In this document: positions 9,518 through 17,825 of the stretch, in pieces
Position numbering within the stretch: the stretch's first letter is position 1
How the letters are laid out: each line of letters starts with the position of its first letter
Assembly (NCBI GenBank): GCA_031402225.1
Contig: JANNSD010000040.1
Span: 27,710-91,709, forward strand
Source of the DNA: Gemmatimonadota bacterium
Lineage (GTDB): Bacteria > Gemmatimonadota > Gemmatimonadetes > Gemmatimonadales > GWC2-71-9
Length of the DNA stretch: 64,000 nucleotides
Direction: 5' to 3'
Translations under genes and position numbers: made by a program
The notes under the pieces: model-generated
Databases searched by the model: none
What the model saw: only the letters and a program-made list of their open reading frames with translations
What the model was told of the DNA's origin: nothing

Positions 9518-10735
9518 TCAGCCTGCAATGGGCTCTGGCAGGGCGGCGAGGAGTTCGGCGCCGATTTCAGTGACCTGCCAGCGGCGCAGGGCGGGAGTGC
9601 TCGCCAGCTCTTCGAGATTCCCGGGATTGGCGCGGGCAATCGCTTCCAGGGTGCCATTGGGACAGAGCACACCCGGCTGCAGGGGGTAGCGTGCCGCGAG
9701 GCGGTTGCGCGCCAGCTTGAGCCGCTCCAGCCGGGCATCGAGTGCCGGGTCGGCGGCGCGGCGGGGGGCTCGCTCAATCCTGGGCAACTCGGTGTCGGGC
9801 AGGGCGAGTGCTTCCTCAATCGCCGTCAGGATCTGGCGCCCTTTCCGTTCCGCCTGATCGGGGCTGATTCCCGGCATGCGCTTCAGCGCGTCCATGTCGC
9901 GCGGAGGGGCCTTGGCCATGGCCAGGATGGGCTCGTTGTTCAGGATGCGAAAGGCCGCCCGATCGAGCCGGCGGGCCTGCTCATCGCGCCACTGATGAAG
10001 TGAGCGAAGCACCGCCAGTTCGCGCGGCTTGAGGAGCTTTGCACCCTTGAGCCGCAACCAGCCCGGCTCCGCGTCCTCGGTATCCCAGCGCGCCCCTTCC
10101 ACGAGCACGAACTCCTCCTCAGCCCACGCCAGGCGCCCCAGCTCGGTCAGGCGATGACGCATGATGTCCCGCAGCTCAGCGAGATGCCTGGTGTCGGTGG
10201 CGGCGTAGGCGAGCATTTCCCCGGACAGCGGACGAACGGACCAGTCCGCCCGCTGGAAGCGCTTGTCAATGCGCAGCTGCAGGTACTTTTCGAGCAGCGC
10301 GGCGAGGCCGATTCCAGGCTCATCGAGCAGCTGCGCCGCGACCCGCGTGTCAAAGAGATGGGTGGCCTGAAAGCCGAACTCCTGATGGAGCAACCGCAGG
10401 TCGTAGTCGGCGTCATGGAACACGACCTCGATCGCCGGATCCGCCAGGGCTGCTCCGAAGGCGGAGAGATCGCGCACGGCGAGCGGGTCGACCACTACGG
10501 TCTCTTCGCGGGAGGAAAGCTGTAGCAGGTAGACGCGGTCGAGATACTTGTGGAAACTGGCTGCCTCAGTGTCCACGGCAACCAATCCGGTCGCGGCGAG
10601 GCGGGGCATGAAGCGATCAAAGGACGCCTGATCCGCGATCAGGATGCTCTCGGCGGGTGCCGGCGCTGACGAGGCTGGTTGAGAGTTCACACCGAAAATT
10701 GGGCTAGCACGGCGCGCCGGGCAACCCCGCACCAT
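9518..10735 (-). CDS. rnd: Ribonuclease D (DEDD 3'-5' exonuclease + HRDC)
   Basis: VAVDTEAASF, FHDADYDL and YAATDTRHL exonuclease motifs, plus a C-terminal HRDC-like region. The exact start is uncertain. Confidence 0.85.
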   Translation of the reverse strand: MVRGCPARRASPIFGVNSQPASSAPAPAESILIADQASFDRFMPRLAATGLVAVDTEAASFHKYLDRVYLLQLSSREETVVVDPLAVRDLSAFGAALADPAIEVVFHDADYDLRLLHQEFGFQATHLFDTRVAAQLLDEPGIGLAALLEKYLQLRIDKRFQRADWSVRPLSGEMLAYAATDTRHLAELRDIMRHRLTELGRLAWAEEEFVLVEGARWDTEDAEPGWLRLKGAKLLKPRELAVLRSLHQWRDEQARRLDRAAFRILNNEPILAMAKAPPRDMDALKRMPGISPDQAERKGRQILTAIEEALALPDTELPRIERAPRRAADPALDARLERLKLARNRLAARYPLQPGVLCPNGTLEAIARANPGNLEELASTPALRRWQVTEIGAELLAALPEPIAG

Positions 10736-10866
10736 TCAAAAGGTTACAGAATGAACGTGAAGCGCCACTGCACCCGGATGTAACTGCCAGCGTCGCGCCA
10801 GTGGCGTGATGGTGTCGTGATGGTGTGCTTCAAAACTCCAGTGGAACGGGAGCTGAGCAAGGTCGG

Positions 10867-11037
10867 TCATTCCCTCTGGGAGACCTGCTCCAGGCCCGCG
10901 GCGACCTCATCGAGCGCCTTGCTGAGCACCTTGAAGAATTCGGCATCGGGCTGGGGTGTGCCCCCCATGGCGGCGTCGAGCTGGAGCTTGCGCGCGAGTC
11001 GCGCGGCGTGACGGATGTAATCGGTGGGTGGCTTCAT
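10867..11037 (-). CDS. Small hypothetical protein (56 aa, below ORF-track cutoff)
   Basis: Hand translation gives MKPPTDYIRHAARLARKLQLDAAMGGTPQPDAEFFKVLSKALDEVAAGLEQVSQRE. It has strong GC3 bias, unlike the overlapping + strand ORFs. Confidence 0.4.
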   Translation of the reverse strand: MKPPTDYIRHAARLARKLQLDAAMGGTPQPDAEFFKVLSKALDEVAAGLEQVSQRE

Positions 11038-11040
11038 TGG

Positions 11041-11096
11041 GAGTCGTGAGTCGTGAGTCGTGGGTCGTGGGTGGTGAGTCGTGAGTCATGAGTTAA
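11041..11096. repeat. Tandem heptamer array GAGTCGT x~8 (degenerating)
   Basis: gagtcgt gagtcgt gagtcgt gggtcgt gggtggt gagtcgt gagtcat gagttaa, in a divergent intergenic region. Confidence 0.9.
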
Positions 11097-11141
11097 GCGG
11101 TTGTGCTCGCCCTGTCCAACCCCCGGACGTACCTTCCAGCC

Positions 11142-12359
11142 ATGGCCGTCCTCGAAATCGACCTGACCGTCTATCCCGACGAATGTGATGCGTTCGGGCA
11201 CCTGAATCAGGCGTCGTTCCTGAGCCTGTTTGAGCGGGCGCGCTGGGAGATGCTGGCGCGCGGTCCCGGCATGGATGTGTTCACGGTGCAGGGCGCGTGG
11301 CCGGCCGTCCGAAAGACCGCCATCGATTATCACGCGCCGGCGTTTCCCGGGGATGTGCTCCGCTTTCACCAGGCACTGACGCACCACGGTCGTACCAGCT
11401 TCACGATGCGCCAGACGGCGCGCCGGGTGGGTGACGACCGGCTGATCGCCACCGCCGAATTCGTGTTCGTGTGCATCGATCGCGGTGGGCGCCCGACCCC
11501 GGTGCCGGGCGAGCTGGGTCGGTTTCTCACAACCCATCCGTCCGAGCCACCCGGCGTGCAGCGCATGACGGTGAACGGGGTCAGTCTTGCGGTGGAGGTC
11601 CGGGGCAATGGGCCCGCCGTGCTCCTGATCCATGGATATCCCCTCGATCGCACCCTGTGGGCACCGCAACTGGCCGGGGTCGAGGGGCATCGCCTGATCG
11701 CCCCCGATCTCCGTGGGCTCGGCCTGTCGGACGCGCCCGACCTGGGATACAGCATGCCCACCTATGCCGACGACCTCGCCGCCCTGCTGGAGGCGCTTCA
11801 GGTGGATGAGGTGGTGCTGGTCGGGCTATCGATGGGGGGATACGTGGCGTTCGAGTTTCTGCGGCGTCACCGGGCACGGGTGCGCGCGCTGGTGCTGTTC
11901 GATACCCGCGCCGATGCGGACCAGCCGGAGGTCCGTCGGGCCCGGGACCAGCAGGCGTCGCTCGCTCGCGAGCAGGGTGCGGCGGCGGTTGCGGCGCACC
12001 TGCTGCCCAGGATGCTTGCGCCTGGGGCCGCGCAGTCGATGCCCCACGTCGTGGAGCGCGTGCGCGGCATGATGCTGGCCGCGCCGGTGGCCGGCATGGC
12101 GGGCGCGCTCGCCGCGATGCGCGATCGCGGTGATTCCACGGCACTCCTGGCCACGCTGGACGACTTGCCCACCATGATCGTGGTGGGCGAAGAGGACACA
12201 ATGACCCCGGTGGAGCTGGCGCGGTCAATGGCGTCTGCGGTGCCCGGCGCGCGCCTCGAGGTTGTGCCCGATGCGGGGCACCTGCCGCCGCTGGAAGCGC
12301 CCGCGGCGGTGAATGCGCTGCTGGCGGATTTCCTCAAGTCGCTGCCTGCCCTGCCCTGA
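11142..12359 (+). CDS. Fusion protein: 4HBT/YbgC-like acyl-CoA thioesterase + alpha/beta hydrolase
   Basis: N-terminal hotdog fold (VYPDECDAFGHLNQASF). The C-terminal part has HGYPLD, a nucleophile elbow GLSMGG and a terminal DAGHLPPLE. ATG at 11142 is preferred over GTG at 11103. Confidence 0.75.
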   Translation: MAVLEIDLTVYPDECDAFGHLNQASFLSLFERARWEMLARGPGMDVFTVQGAWPAVRKTAIDYHAPAFPGDVLRFHQALTHHGRTSFTMRQTARRVGDDRLIATAEFVFVCIDRGGRPTPVPGELGRFLTTHPSEPPGVQRMTVNGVSLAVEVRGNGPAVLLIHGYPLDRTLWAPQLAGVEGHRLIAPDLRGLGLSDAPDLGYSMPTYADDLAALLEALQVDEVVLVGLSMGGYVAFEFLRRHRARVRALVLFDTRADADQPEVRRARDQQASLAREQGAAAVAAHLLPRMLAPGAAQSMPHVVERVRGMMLAAPVAGMAGALAAMRDRGDSTALLATLDDLPTMIVVGEEDTMTPVELARSMASAVPGARLEVVPDAGHLPPLEAPAAVNALLADFLKSLPALP

Positions 12360-12370
12360 CCACCGCTGCC

Positions 12371-12388
12371 GCACGAAACCTTTCGTGC
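12371..12388 (+). terminator. Short hairpin GCACGAAA-cc-TTTCGTGC after the hydrolase gene
   Basis: Inverted repeat 12 nt after the stop. The loop is small and there is no U-tract. Confidence 0.3.
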
Positions 12389-12516
12389 CTCTCAGGTGTC
12401 TATAGCAATGGACGGTCGCGCTGAGTTCCTCATCGGCCCCGTCTGAAGTGGTGCTTCTCCCCAAGGCCCCGGGGTCGCGGCCAGCTAGTTCGGCCCCGCG
12501 GGTCTCCCCCCCTTCA

Positions 12517-12548
12517 GGACGTGAAGACGTGAAGACGTGAAGACGTGA
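12517..12548. repeat. Tandem octamer array (G/A)GACGTGA x4
   Basis: Read directly. It is inverted relative to the array at 12609..12632. Confidence 0.9.
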
Positions 12549-12608
12549 AGGGGGCGAACAGCGAGAACGACAAAGGGGCGGTCCCACCGGGGCCGCCCCT
12601 TATCATTG

Positions 12609-12632
12609 CCTCACGTCCTCACGTCCTCACGT
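12609..12632. repeat. Tandem octamer array CCTCACGT x3 (complement ACGTGAGG)
   Basis: Read directly. It ends 2 nt before the ferredoxin stop codon. Confidence 0.9.
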
Positions 12633-12633
12633 C

Positions 12634-12897
12634 CTATCGCTTCGGCCGTCCCGGCGGTGTGTCGCTGTCGAAGACCACTTTGTTCTTCTCGATATACGCC
12701 TGCATGTTGTCGGGCACATCTTCCTCGGGGAAGATGGCGGACACCGGGCACTCCGGCTCACAGGCCCCACAGTCAATGCACTCATCGGGGTGGATGTAGA
12801 GCTGGTCCTCGCTTTCGTAGATGCAATCCACGGGACAGACATCCACGCAGGCTCGGTCTTTCACGCCGATGCAGGCTTCGGTAATCACGTACGTCAT
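12634..12897 (-). CDS. fdxA: 7Fe-type ferredoxin (3Fe-4S + 4Fe-4S)
   Basis: [26 protein letters not shown] ... [12 protein letters not shown] cysteine pattern. The start is placed at MTYV (cat at 12895-12897). Confidence 0.85.
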   Translation of the reverse strand: MTYVITEACIGVKDRACVDVCPVDCIYESEDQLYIHPDECIDCGACEPECPVSAIFPEEDVPDNMQAYIEKNKVVFDSDTPPGRPKR

Positions 12898-13017
12898 GCG
12901 CCTTCTCCATTCGGGGGTCGCCGCTGCGCGCGGCGCGATGGCCATAGGTATAGAAGTGCGCCGGAACGGGCGCAAGGGGGCCGCGAGCCGACGGGCCGAG
13001 GACTAAGTTACGGCCAG

Positions 13018-15105
13018 ATGCCCGTTCGCTGCGTTGCCCTCGCCACCCTGCTTGCGGGATGCATGGTTCCCGCCGCGCATGCCCAGATCGGCGCCTGTGC
13101 GCCCGCCCGGACGGCACTGGTGCTCTCCGGTGGCGGGGCGAAAGGGCTGGCCCACGTGGGCGTGCTCCGGGTCCTCGATTCCCTGGGCATCGTTCCCGAC
13201 CTCATTGTGGGCACGAGCATGGGGTCGGTGATCGGCGCGTTGTACGCCAGCGGGTTCACCGGCCTGGAGATCGACTCCATCGTGCGGCACGCGCCGGGCG
13301 GCAGGCTCATCCACACGTTCAATCCGGTCACCCCGCGCTCGCTGGGTACCCGGCAGCCGATGGTGGCTTTCGCCGAGGGCCAGGGCGTGTCGGGGCTGCA
13401 GACCAACGCGCTCAGCGAGCGGGACGTGAACGCGCTGCTGGAGCAGAAGCTGATGCTCGGCAACCTCAGCGCGCGCGGTAACTTCGATTCGCTTGCCATC
13501 CCGTTCCGTGCCGTCGCCACCAACCTGCGTACTCATACGCCGGTCGTCATGGGCAGTGGCGACCTGCCCCGCTCGGTGCGCGCGAGCATTTCCATTCCGC
13601 TGGTGCTCACGCCGATTTACATGGACGGCACCTACCTGGCCGATGGGGGCCTGGTCGCGAACGTGCCGGTGGGGATTGCGCGCCAGCTGGGTGCGGTACG
13701 GGTGATCGTGTCGGACGTGAGCATTCCGCAGTCGGATACGGTGCCCCTCCTGTCGCCTGAGGCGGTGGCGGCGCGCCTGCTCGACTACCTGGCGGACCAG
13801 CCGATGGGTGAGTTGGGTCCGGACGATATCCATGTGATGTTTCCGGTGCAGAACTTCGGCACCCTCGACTTTGCGCCAGAGGCGGCGGCGGCGCTCCTCA
13901 CGCTGGGCGCCAGGACCGCCGATTCGGTGTTCCAGCAAGTGTCCTGCCTGAATCCGCTGAACCGGACGGGGCGCCACGTTGGAGCATTGCCTCGGTACGT
14001 GTCGAGCGTCACGCCGGCGGGCGCCAGGGATCTCGCGCTCAGGGGCCAGCCGGATCCTACCATCGATGTGCTGGCAGACCTGGGGCTGATCGCGGGGGAC
14101 TCGATCCCCTACTCGGTGCTGGCGAAGCGTACCGACCGACTGGTGCAGTCGACCCGAGTGGACGCGGTTTGGCTCTACCCCAGCGGCACCGGCGACAGCG
14201 TGGCGCTTGCCCCGGTGGTGCGGCCCGCCCCGCGTTTCTATGCCGCGGGCGGTGTCGCCTACGACAATGCCTTGGGTGGTGCGGCATGGATGGGCGTACT
14301 GTATCGCAACCTGCTCGGGCTCGGCCTCGAAACGAGCGCGAGGGTCCAGGTGGGTGGCCTGCGTGACGAGGCGTTACTCGCGGCAAGGAAGAACCTTCGC
14401 TACCGGTGGCACACGCTGGCGCCCGCGCTCACGCTCAACGGCGGGCTGGAACGGATCCCGGTGTATACCGAGAGTGGCACTGAACTCCCGTCGATCGACA
14501 CGAGGGACCTGACGGGCTTTGCCGGCGTGGAGCGGGGTCTGGGCAACGGCTGGATTGTGGCGTTCGGGGCGGAGGGGCGAATCTGGTATGAACCAGACAT
14601 CCCCAATGGACAGGCCGGCGGTGCGACGCTCAGGGCAGAGCGCTTCATGGCGTTCGACGCGAGCCGGGTGCTGCTGGAAGCCAGCTGGACGTCATCCTAC
14701 AGCAGGGCATTCCTGCAGGTTCAGTTTCCATGGAGCACCCCTGGCTACGGCGTGCGCTCGCTGTTTCGGGCTGGCGTTGGCTCCAACCTGCCGCTGCAGC
14801 TCACCTTTCCCCTGGGCGGCGCGGCCGGATTTCCTGGCATCAGGCCAGCTCAGCTGCGGGGGAGTACCGAGTTGTCGGGCCAGGCCGAGTTCTGGTATCG
14901 CGTCATGGGCCCAGTTGAAGCGCAACTCGACCTGGGTGCCGGGAGCATCAGCGAAGAGGGTGATTTCTTCGGCGGCGACTCATGGCTCGCGGGGGTACGT
15001 GTGGGGCTGGGGGTGAAAACGCCACTGGGTCCGGTCAAGGTCGGGTACGGCTGGGCCACGGGTGGCCGCGATGCGCTGATGGTGCGGGTGTTTCGCTGGT
15101 TCTAG
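13018..15105 (+). CDS. Patatin-like phospholipase fused to Omp85/surface-antigen beta-barrel (PlpD-like, type Vd)
   Basis: Signal peptide, then GGGAKGLAHVG oxyanion motif, GTSMGS lipase serine and ADGGL aspartate. The C-terminus (GFPGIRPAQLRG ... PLGPVKVGYGW ... VFRWF) is typical of Omp85 barrels. Confidence 0.8.
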   Translation: MPVRCVALATLLAGCMVPAAHAQIGACAPARTALVLSGGGAKGLAHVGVLRVLDSLGIVPDLIVGTSMGSVIGALYASGFTGLEIDSIVRHAPGGRLIHTFNPVTPRSLGTRQPMVAFAEGQGVSGLQTNALSERDVNALLEQKLMLGNLSARGNFDSLAIPFRAVATNLRTHTPVVMGSGDLPRSVRASISIPLVLTPIYMDGTYLADGGLVANVPVGIARQLGAVRVIVSDVSIPQSDTVPLLSPEAVAARLLDYLADQPMGELGPDDIHVMFPVQNFGTLDFAPEAAAALLTLGARTADSVFQQVSCLNPLNRTGRHVGALPRYVSSVTPAGARDLALRGQPDPTIDVLADLGLIAGDSIPYSVLAKRTDRLVQSTRVDAVWLYPSGTGDSVALAPVVRPAPRFYAAGGVAYDNALGGAAWMGVLYRNLLGLGLETSARVQVGGLRDEALLAARKNLRYRWHTLAPALTLNGGLERIPVYTESGTELPSIDTRDLTGFAGVERGLGNGWIVAFGAEGRIWYEPDIPNGQAGGATLRAERFMAFDASRVLLEASWTSSYSRAFLQVQFPWSTPGYGVRSLFRAGVGSNLPLQLTFPLGGAAGFPGIRPAQLRGSTELSGQAEFWYRVMGPVEAQLDLGAGSISEEGDFFGGDSWLAGVRVGLGVKTPLGPVKVGYGWATGGRDALMVRVFRWF

Positions 15106-15130
15106 GGTAAGGGTGTCACCGTGCGGCCGT

Positions 15131-15697
15131 TCAATATTCAACCGGCGTAGCGTAGGGAGCGGACCGCAACTCCGGTTCGCCGTAGCGTCCGGCGGCGGCA
15201 TGAAGCCGATTCCACTCTTCCCTGAGACAGAAGGGATCGAGCCCATGAGGCCGGTCTACCGTGAGCACCCCGTCCAGATGGTCGATCTCATGCTGCAGCA
15301 GTTCCGCGCGGTCGCCCTCGAACTCGGCTTCATGCGCCTTGCCCCGCAGGTCGTGGTAGCGGACCCGAATGCGGTAGGCGCGGAGGACGCGCACCAGCAG
15401 GTTGGGGTACGAGAAGCAGTCGTCCCAGACCGCAAAGTCTTCGTCGCCGATGTCCACGATTTCCGGATTGACGAGCACCCAGGGCTGGTCCATCTCGATG
15501 TACGCGAGCCGGAGCGGCGCGCCGATCTGCGGCGCCGCAATGCCGCGACCGGAGCCAAAGCGCGACTGCCAGTCGTGCAAGGTATCGGCGAGGTCATCCA
15601 CCACGACACGAATCGCCGCCGACTGGGGGTTGGCGATCGTTTCGCAGCGCTCCCGCAGGACAGGATCGCCAAGCAGGCGGATTCGACGGACGGCCAT
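15131..15697 (-). CDS. def: Peptide deformylase
   Basis: GIAAPQIG, DDCFS (EGCLS-like) and HEIDHLDG motifs. Confidence 0.9.
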   Translation of the reverse strand: MAVRRIRLLGDPVLRERCETIANPQSAAIRVVVDDLADTLHDWQSRFGSGRGIAAPQIGAPLRLAYIEMDQPWVLVNPEIVDIGDEDFAVWDDCFSYPNLLVRVLRAYRIRVRYHDLRGKAHEAEFEGDRAELLQHEIDHLDGVLTVDRPHGLDPFCLREEWNRLHAAAGRYGEPELRSAPYATPVEY

Positions 15698-15829
15698 ACA
15701 GCCAAGGTCGGTCCCGTAGTGCGTACTGTCAACTACCCACGCGCGGGAACCAGCGATCAGAACGGCGCTAAGCCGTTGTCATGCAACGCTATACATGGTC
15801 TTCTACGACTGGCCCATGTACTGACAGTG

Positions 15830-16531
15830 ATGCTGGTGGTGGGCTTGGCGGCTTGCTCCGACAGTACCGGTGGTTCAACCCCCACCTCGGCAATCACTCC
15901 CGATTTCATTATCTCCGCCTCGCCCAACAACCTCACCATTGTCCTCGGCCAACTGAAAGCCGCTGAATTTGCCAGCGTACGTCTCCCCGACGACGATGCC
16001 CTCATCGTATCCGCTGCGGGGCAGGAAAAGCTGCTGCGATGGACCCTGGTTGCTCAAGGTGGCGGCCTGTATTCGGCGAGCCTGACCGAGCTCGACCCCG
16101 GCACGGTGATCACCATCGCGCTCACCCGCGGAGATGGCGGCAATGCGCCGAATTCGCAGGTCACCATGCCAGTGCCGATCGACCTCACGGCTCCCGTGGC
16201 CGGCGCGCTGGCGACGGCGGGGACGAACCTGATTGTTGCCTGGACTCCCTCGGGAACGCCAGACGAAATCCGGATCCTCCTGCGGACGGTACTTTGCAGC
16301 CGGCCTGGTGCCGGTACCACGCAGACCGCCACCGTGGTCGGCGATCCAGGCAGTGCCACGGTGTTCATCGAACCGGACTTGCTTCCTCCGCTCAATCCGG
16401 GCGAACAGTGCGATGTGGATGTGCAGGTGCAGCGGACGCGTTTTGGCATCGTGGACCCCGCCTATGCCGCAGGCGGGACGATTCTGGCGCGACAGGTCGA
16501 CGCAGCGACGATCGTGGTGAGGCAGCCGTGA
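15830..16531 (+). CDS. Hypothetical lipoprotein
   Basis: Lipobox MLVVGLAAC at ATG 15830 (GTG at 15827 is also possible). The part of ORF 15113..16531 upstream is antisense to def and was trimmed. Confidence 0.5.
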   Translation: MLVVGLAACSDSTGGSTPTSAITPDFIISASPNNLTIVLGQLKAAEFASVRLPDDDALIVSAAGQEKLLRWTLVAQGGGLYSASLTELDPGTVITIALTRGDGGNAPNSQVTMPVPIDLTAPVAGALATAGTNLIVAWTPSGTPDEIRILLRTVLCSRPGAGTTQTATVVGDPGSATVFIEPDLLPPLNPGEQCDVDVQVQRTRFGIVDPAYAAGGTILARQVDAATIVVRQP

Positions 16532-16542
16532 CTGAAAACGGG

Positions 16543-16574
16543 GTGCGGAGGAACGGCGATGGCGTGAGGCGTGC
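16543..16574. repeat. Degenerate copy of the ~42-bp GCGTGAGGAGGAAC...GCGTGAGG element
   Basis: gtgcggaggaacggcgatggcgtgaggcgtg lies just after a + strand stop. Compare 25415..25456 and 29181..29222. Confidence 0.5.
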
Positions 16575-16593
16575 GCGGGCCTATTGGCCCGCG
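16574..16593. terminator. Hairpin CGCGGGCC-tatt-GGCCCGCG between convergent genes
   Basis: Perfect 8-bp stem. It overlaps the stop codon of the - strand gene 16581..17471. Confidence 0.4.
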
Positions 16594-17471
16594 AGTTTCC
16601 GCAGGATTTCTTCGTAGTAGGGCTTTTCGCGCAGGCTGGCGCGCGATCCGGGGAAGTACAGCAGGCTCAACCCGGCGCCGGCGTTGTTCAGGTTGGTCAG
16701 GACCATGGCGACGCGCTGGTCGTTGGAGAGCCTGGTGTTGTCGATCATCGGGGTGCTGAAGAATCCCACCATGAAGTCGACCGAGAAACGCCCCGACTCG
16801 GGGGCGGACACATTCGGCTGCGGCGGTGTCTCGATCTCGAGGCCGAGACGAAGTTCGCGCTGCACCGTGTCCACCTGGTACAGGGTCACGCGGAAGCGCC
16901 GCTTGATGCCATCGAGCGTGAGCTGGACGTCTTCCAGCGTCTCGGTTCGGGTGCCGGCTATGAGGCTGTCGCTGAGCAGGATGGTCCAGTCGAATCGCTC
17001 GCCACCCGACTCGAGCACGATCATCTGCTTGCGCGTGACCTCGCGGGCGAGCTCGCTGAGCCGCGCCTCATAGGCACGCTTCAATTGCGGTGAGACTGGG
17101 GCTCCGGCGATTTCCCGGCGGATGTGCTGGAACAGCGGCGTCAGGTTGAGGGCTTCGTGAAAGTTCTGGGCGAGGAGCTCCATCTTGAGGAGCTTTGCCT
17201 CGAGCGAGGTGGACTGTGCGTCGAAGAATGATCCGATGATGGACTGGAACATCTCCTTCCGCAGTGTCGCCTCGGACTCCTCGCGCTTGCTCATCAGCTC
17301 CGAGTAGAGCCGGAGTTTGGCCTCGCTGCTCTGGCGCTGGTCGAGTGCGCGCGAGCCGAAGATGCCGAGACTCGCCACCGCGAGCGCCGTGAGAAGCCCG
17401 CCCACCGGCGCCAGGATGATCTGGAGCTTGTCCCAGCGATCCTTGTGGTCCTTCTGGCCGGTCTCCTCCAT
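16581..17471 (-). CDS. Hypothetical membrane-anchored protein
   Basis: 296 aa with an N-terminal TM (ILAPVGGLLTALAVASLGIFG). Last gene of a tight three-gene - strand cluster. No family was recognised. Confidence 0.5.
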   Translation of the reverse strand: MEETGQKDHKDRWDKLQIILAPVGGLLTALAVASLGIFGSRALDQRQSSEAKLRLYSELMSKREESEATLRKEMFQSIIGSFFDAQSTSLEAKLLKMELLAQNFHEALNLTPLFQHIRREIAGAPVSPQLKRAYEARLSELAREVTRKQMIVLESGGERFDWTILLSDSLIAGTRTETLEDVQLTLDGIKRRFRVTLYQVDTVQRELRLGLEIETPPQPNVSAPESGRFSVDFMVGFFSTPMIDNTRLSNDQRVAMVLTNLNNAGAGLSLLYFPGSRASLREKPYYEEILRKLAGQ

Positions 17472-17474
17472 CTC

Positions 17475-17792
17475 CTACACCCGCTTCAGCACGTACTTGC
17501 CGTCCTGCTGCTCGAGCAGGAAGCGGTAGCGCGCCGGCTGGTCGAACAACACCACGTCGATCGACGGGGCCTGCTTGTCGTAGGTGACCTTCAACTGGCA
17601 CTTCCCGCTTCCCTTCACGGTAAGCCGGAAGGACCCCGCCTTGTCGGTGGTGCCCTCGGCACTCTCGGCGCCGCAGGTGAGCAGGAGCTTCACATCGGCG
17701 AGATACTTGTCGCCGAGGCGGAGGTCACCGGAGATCTCGCCGCGCATCATGAGCACTGGTGCGGTCGCGAGCGCAAAGATCAGGGGCAGCAT
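17475..17792 (-). CDS. Small secreted hypothetical protein
   Basis: 105 aa with a signal peptide (MLPLIFALATAPVLM). It sits 3 nt upstream of the next gene. Confidence 0.5.
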   Translation of the reverse strand: MLPLIFALATAPVLMMRGEISGDLRLGDKYLADVKLLLTCGAESAEGTTDKAGSFRLTVKGSGKCQLKVTYDKQAPSIDVVLFDQPARYRFLLEQQDGKYVLKRV

Positions 17793-17825
17793 ACGGTCTC
17801 CTCGAGGGTCATGGTGAAAGGTAGC

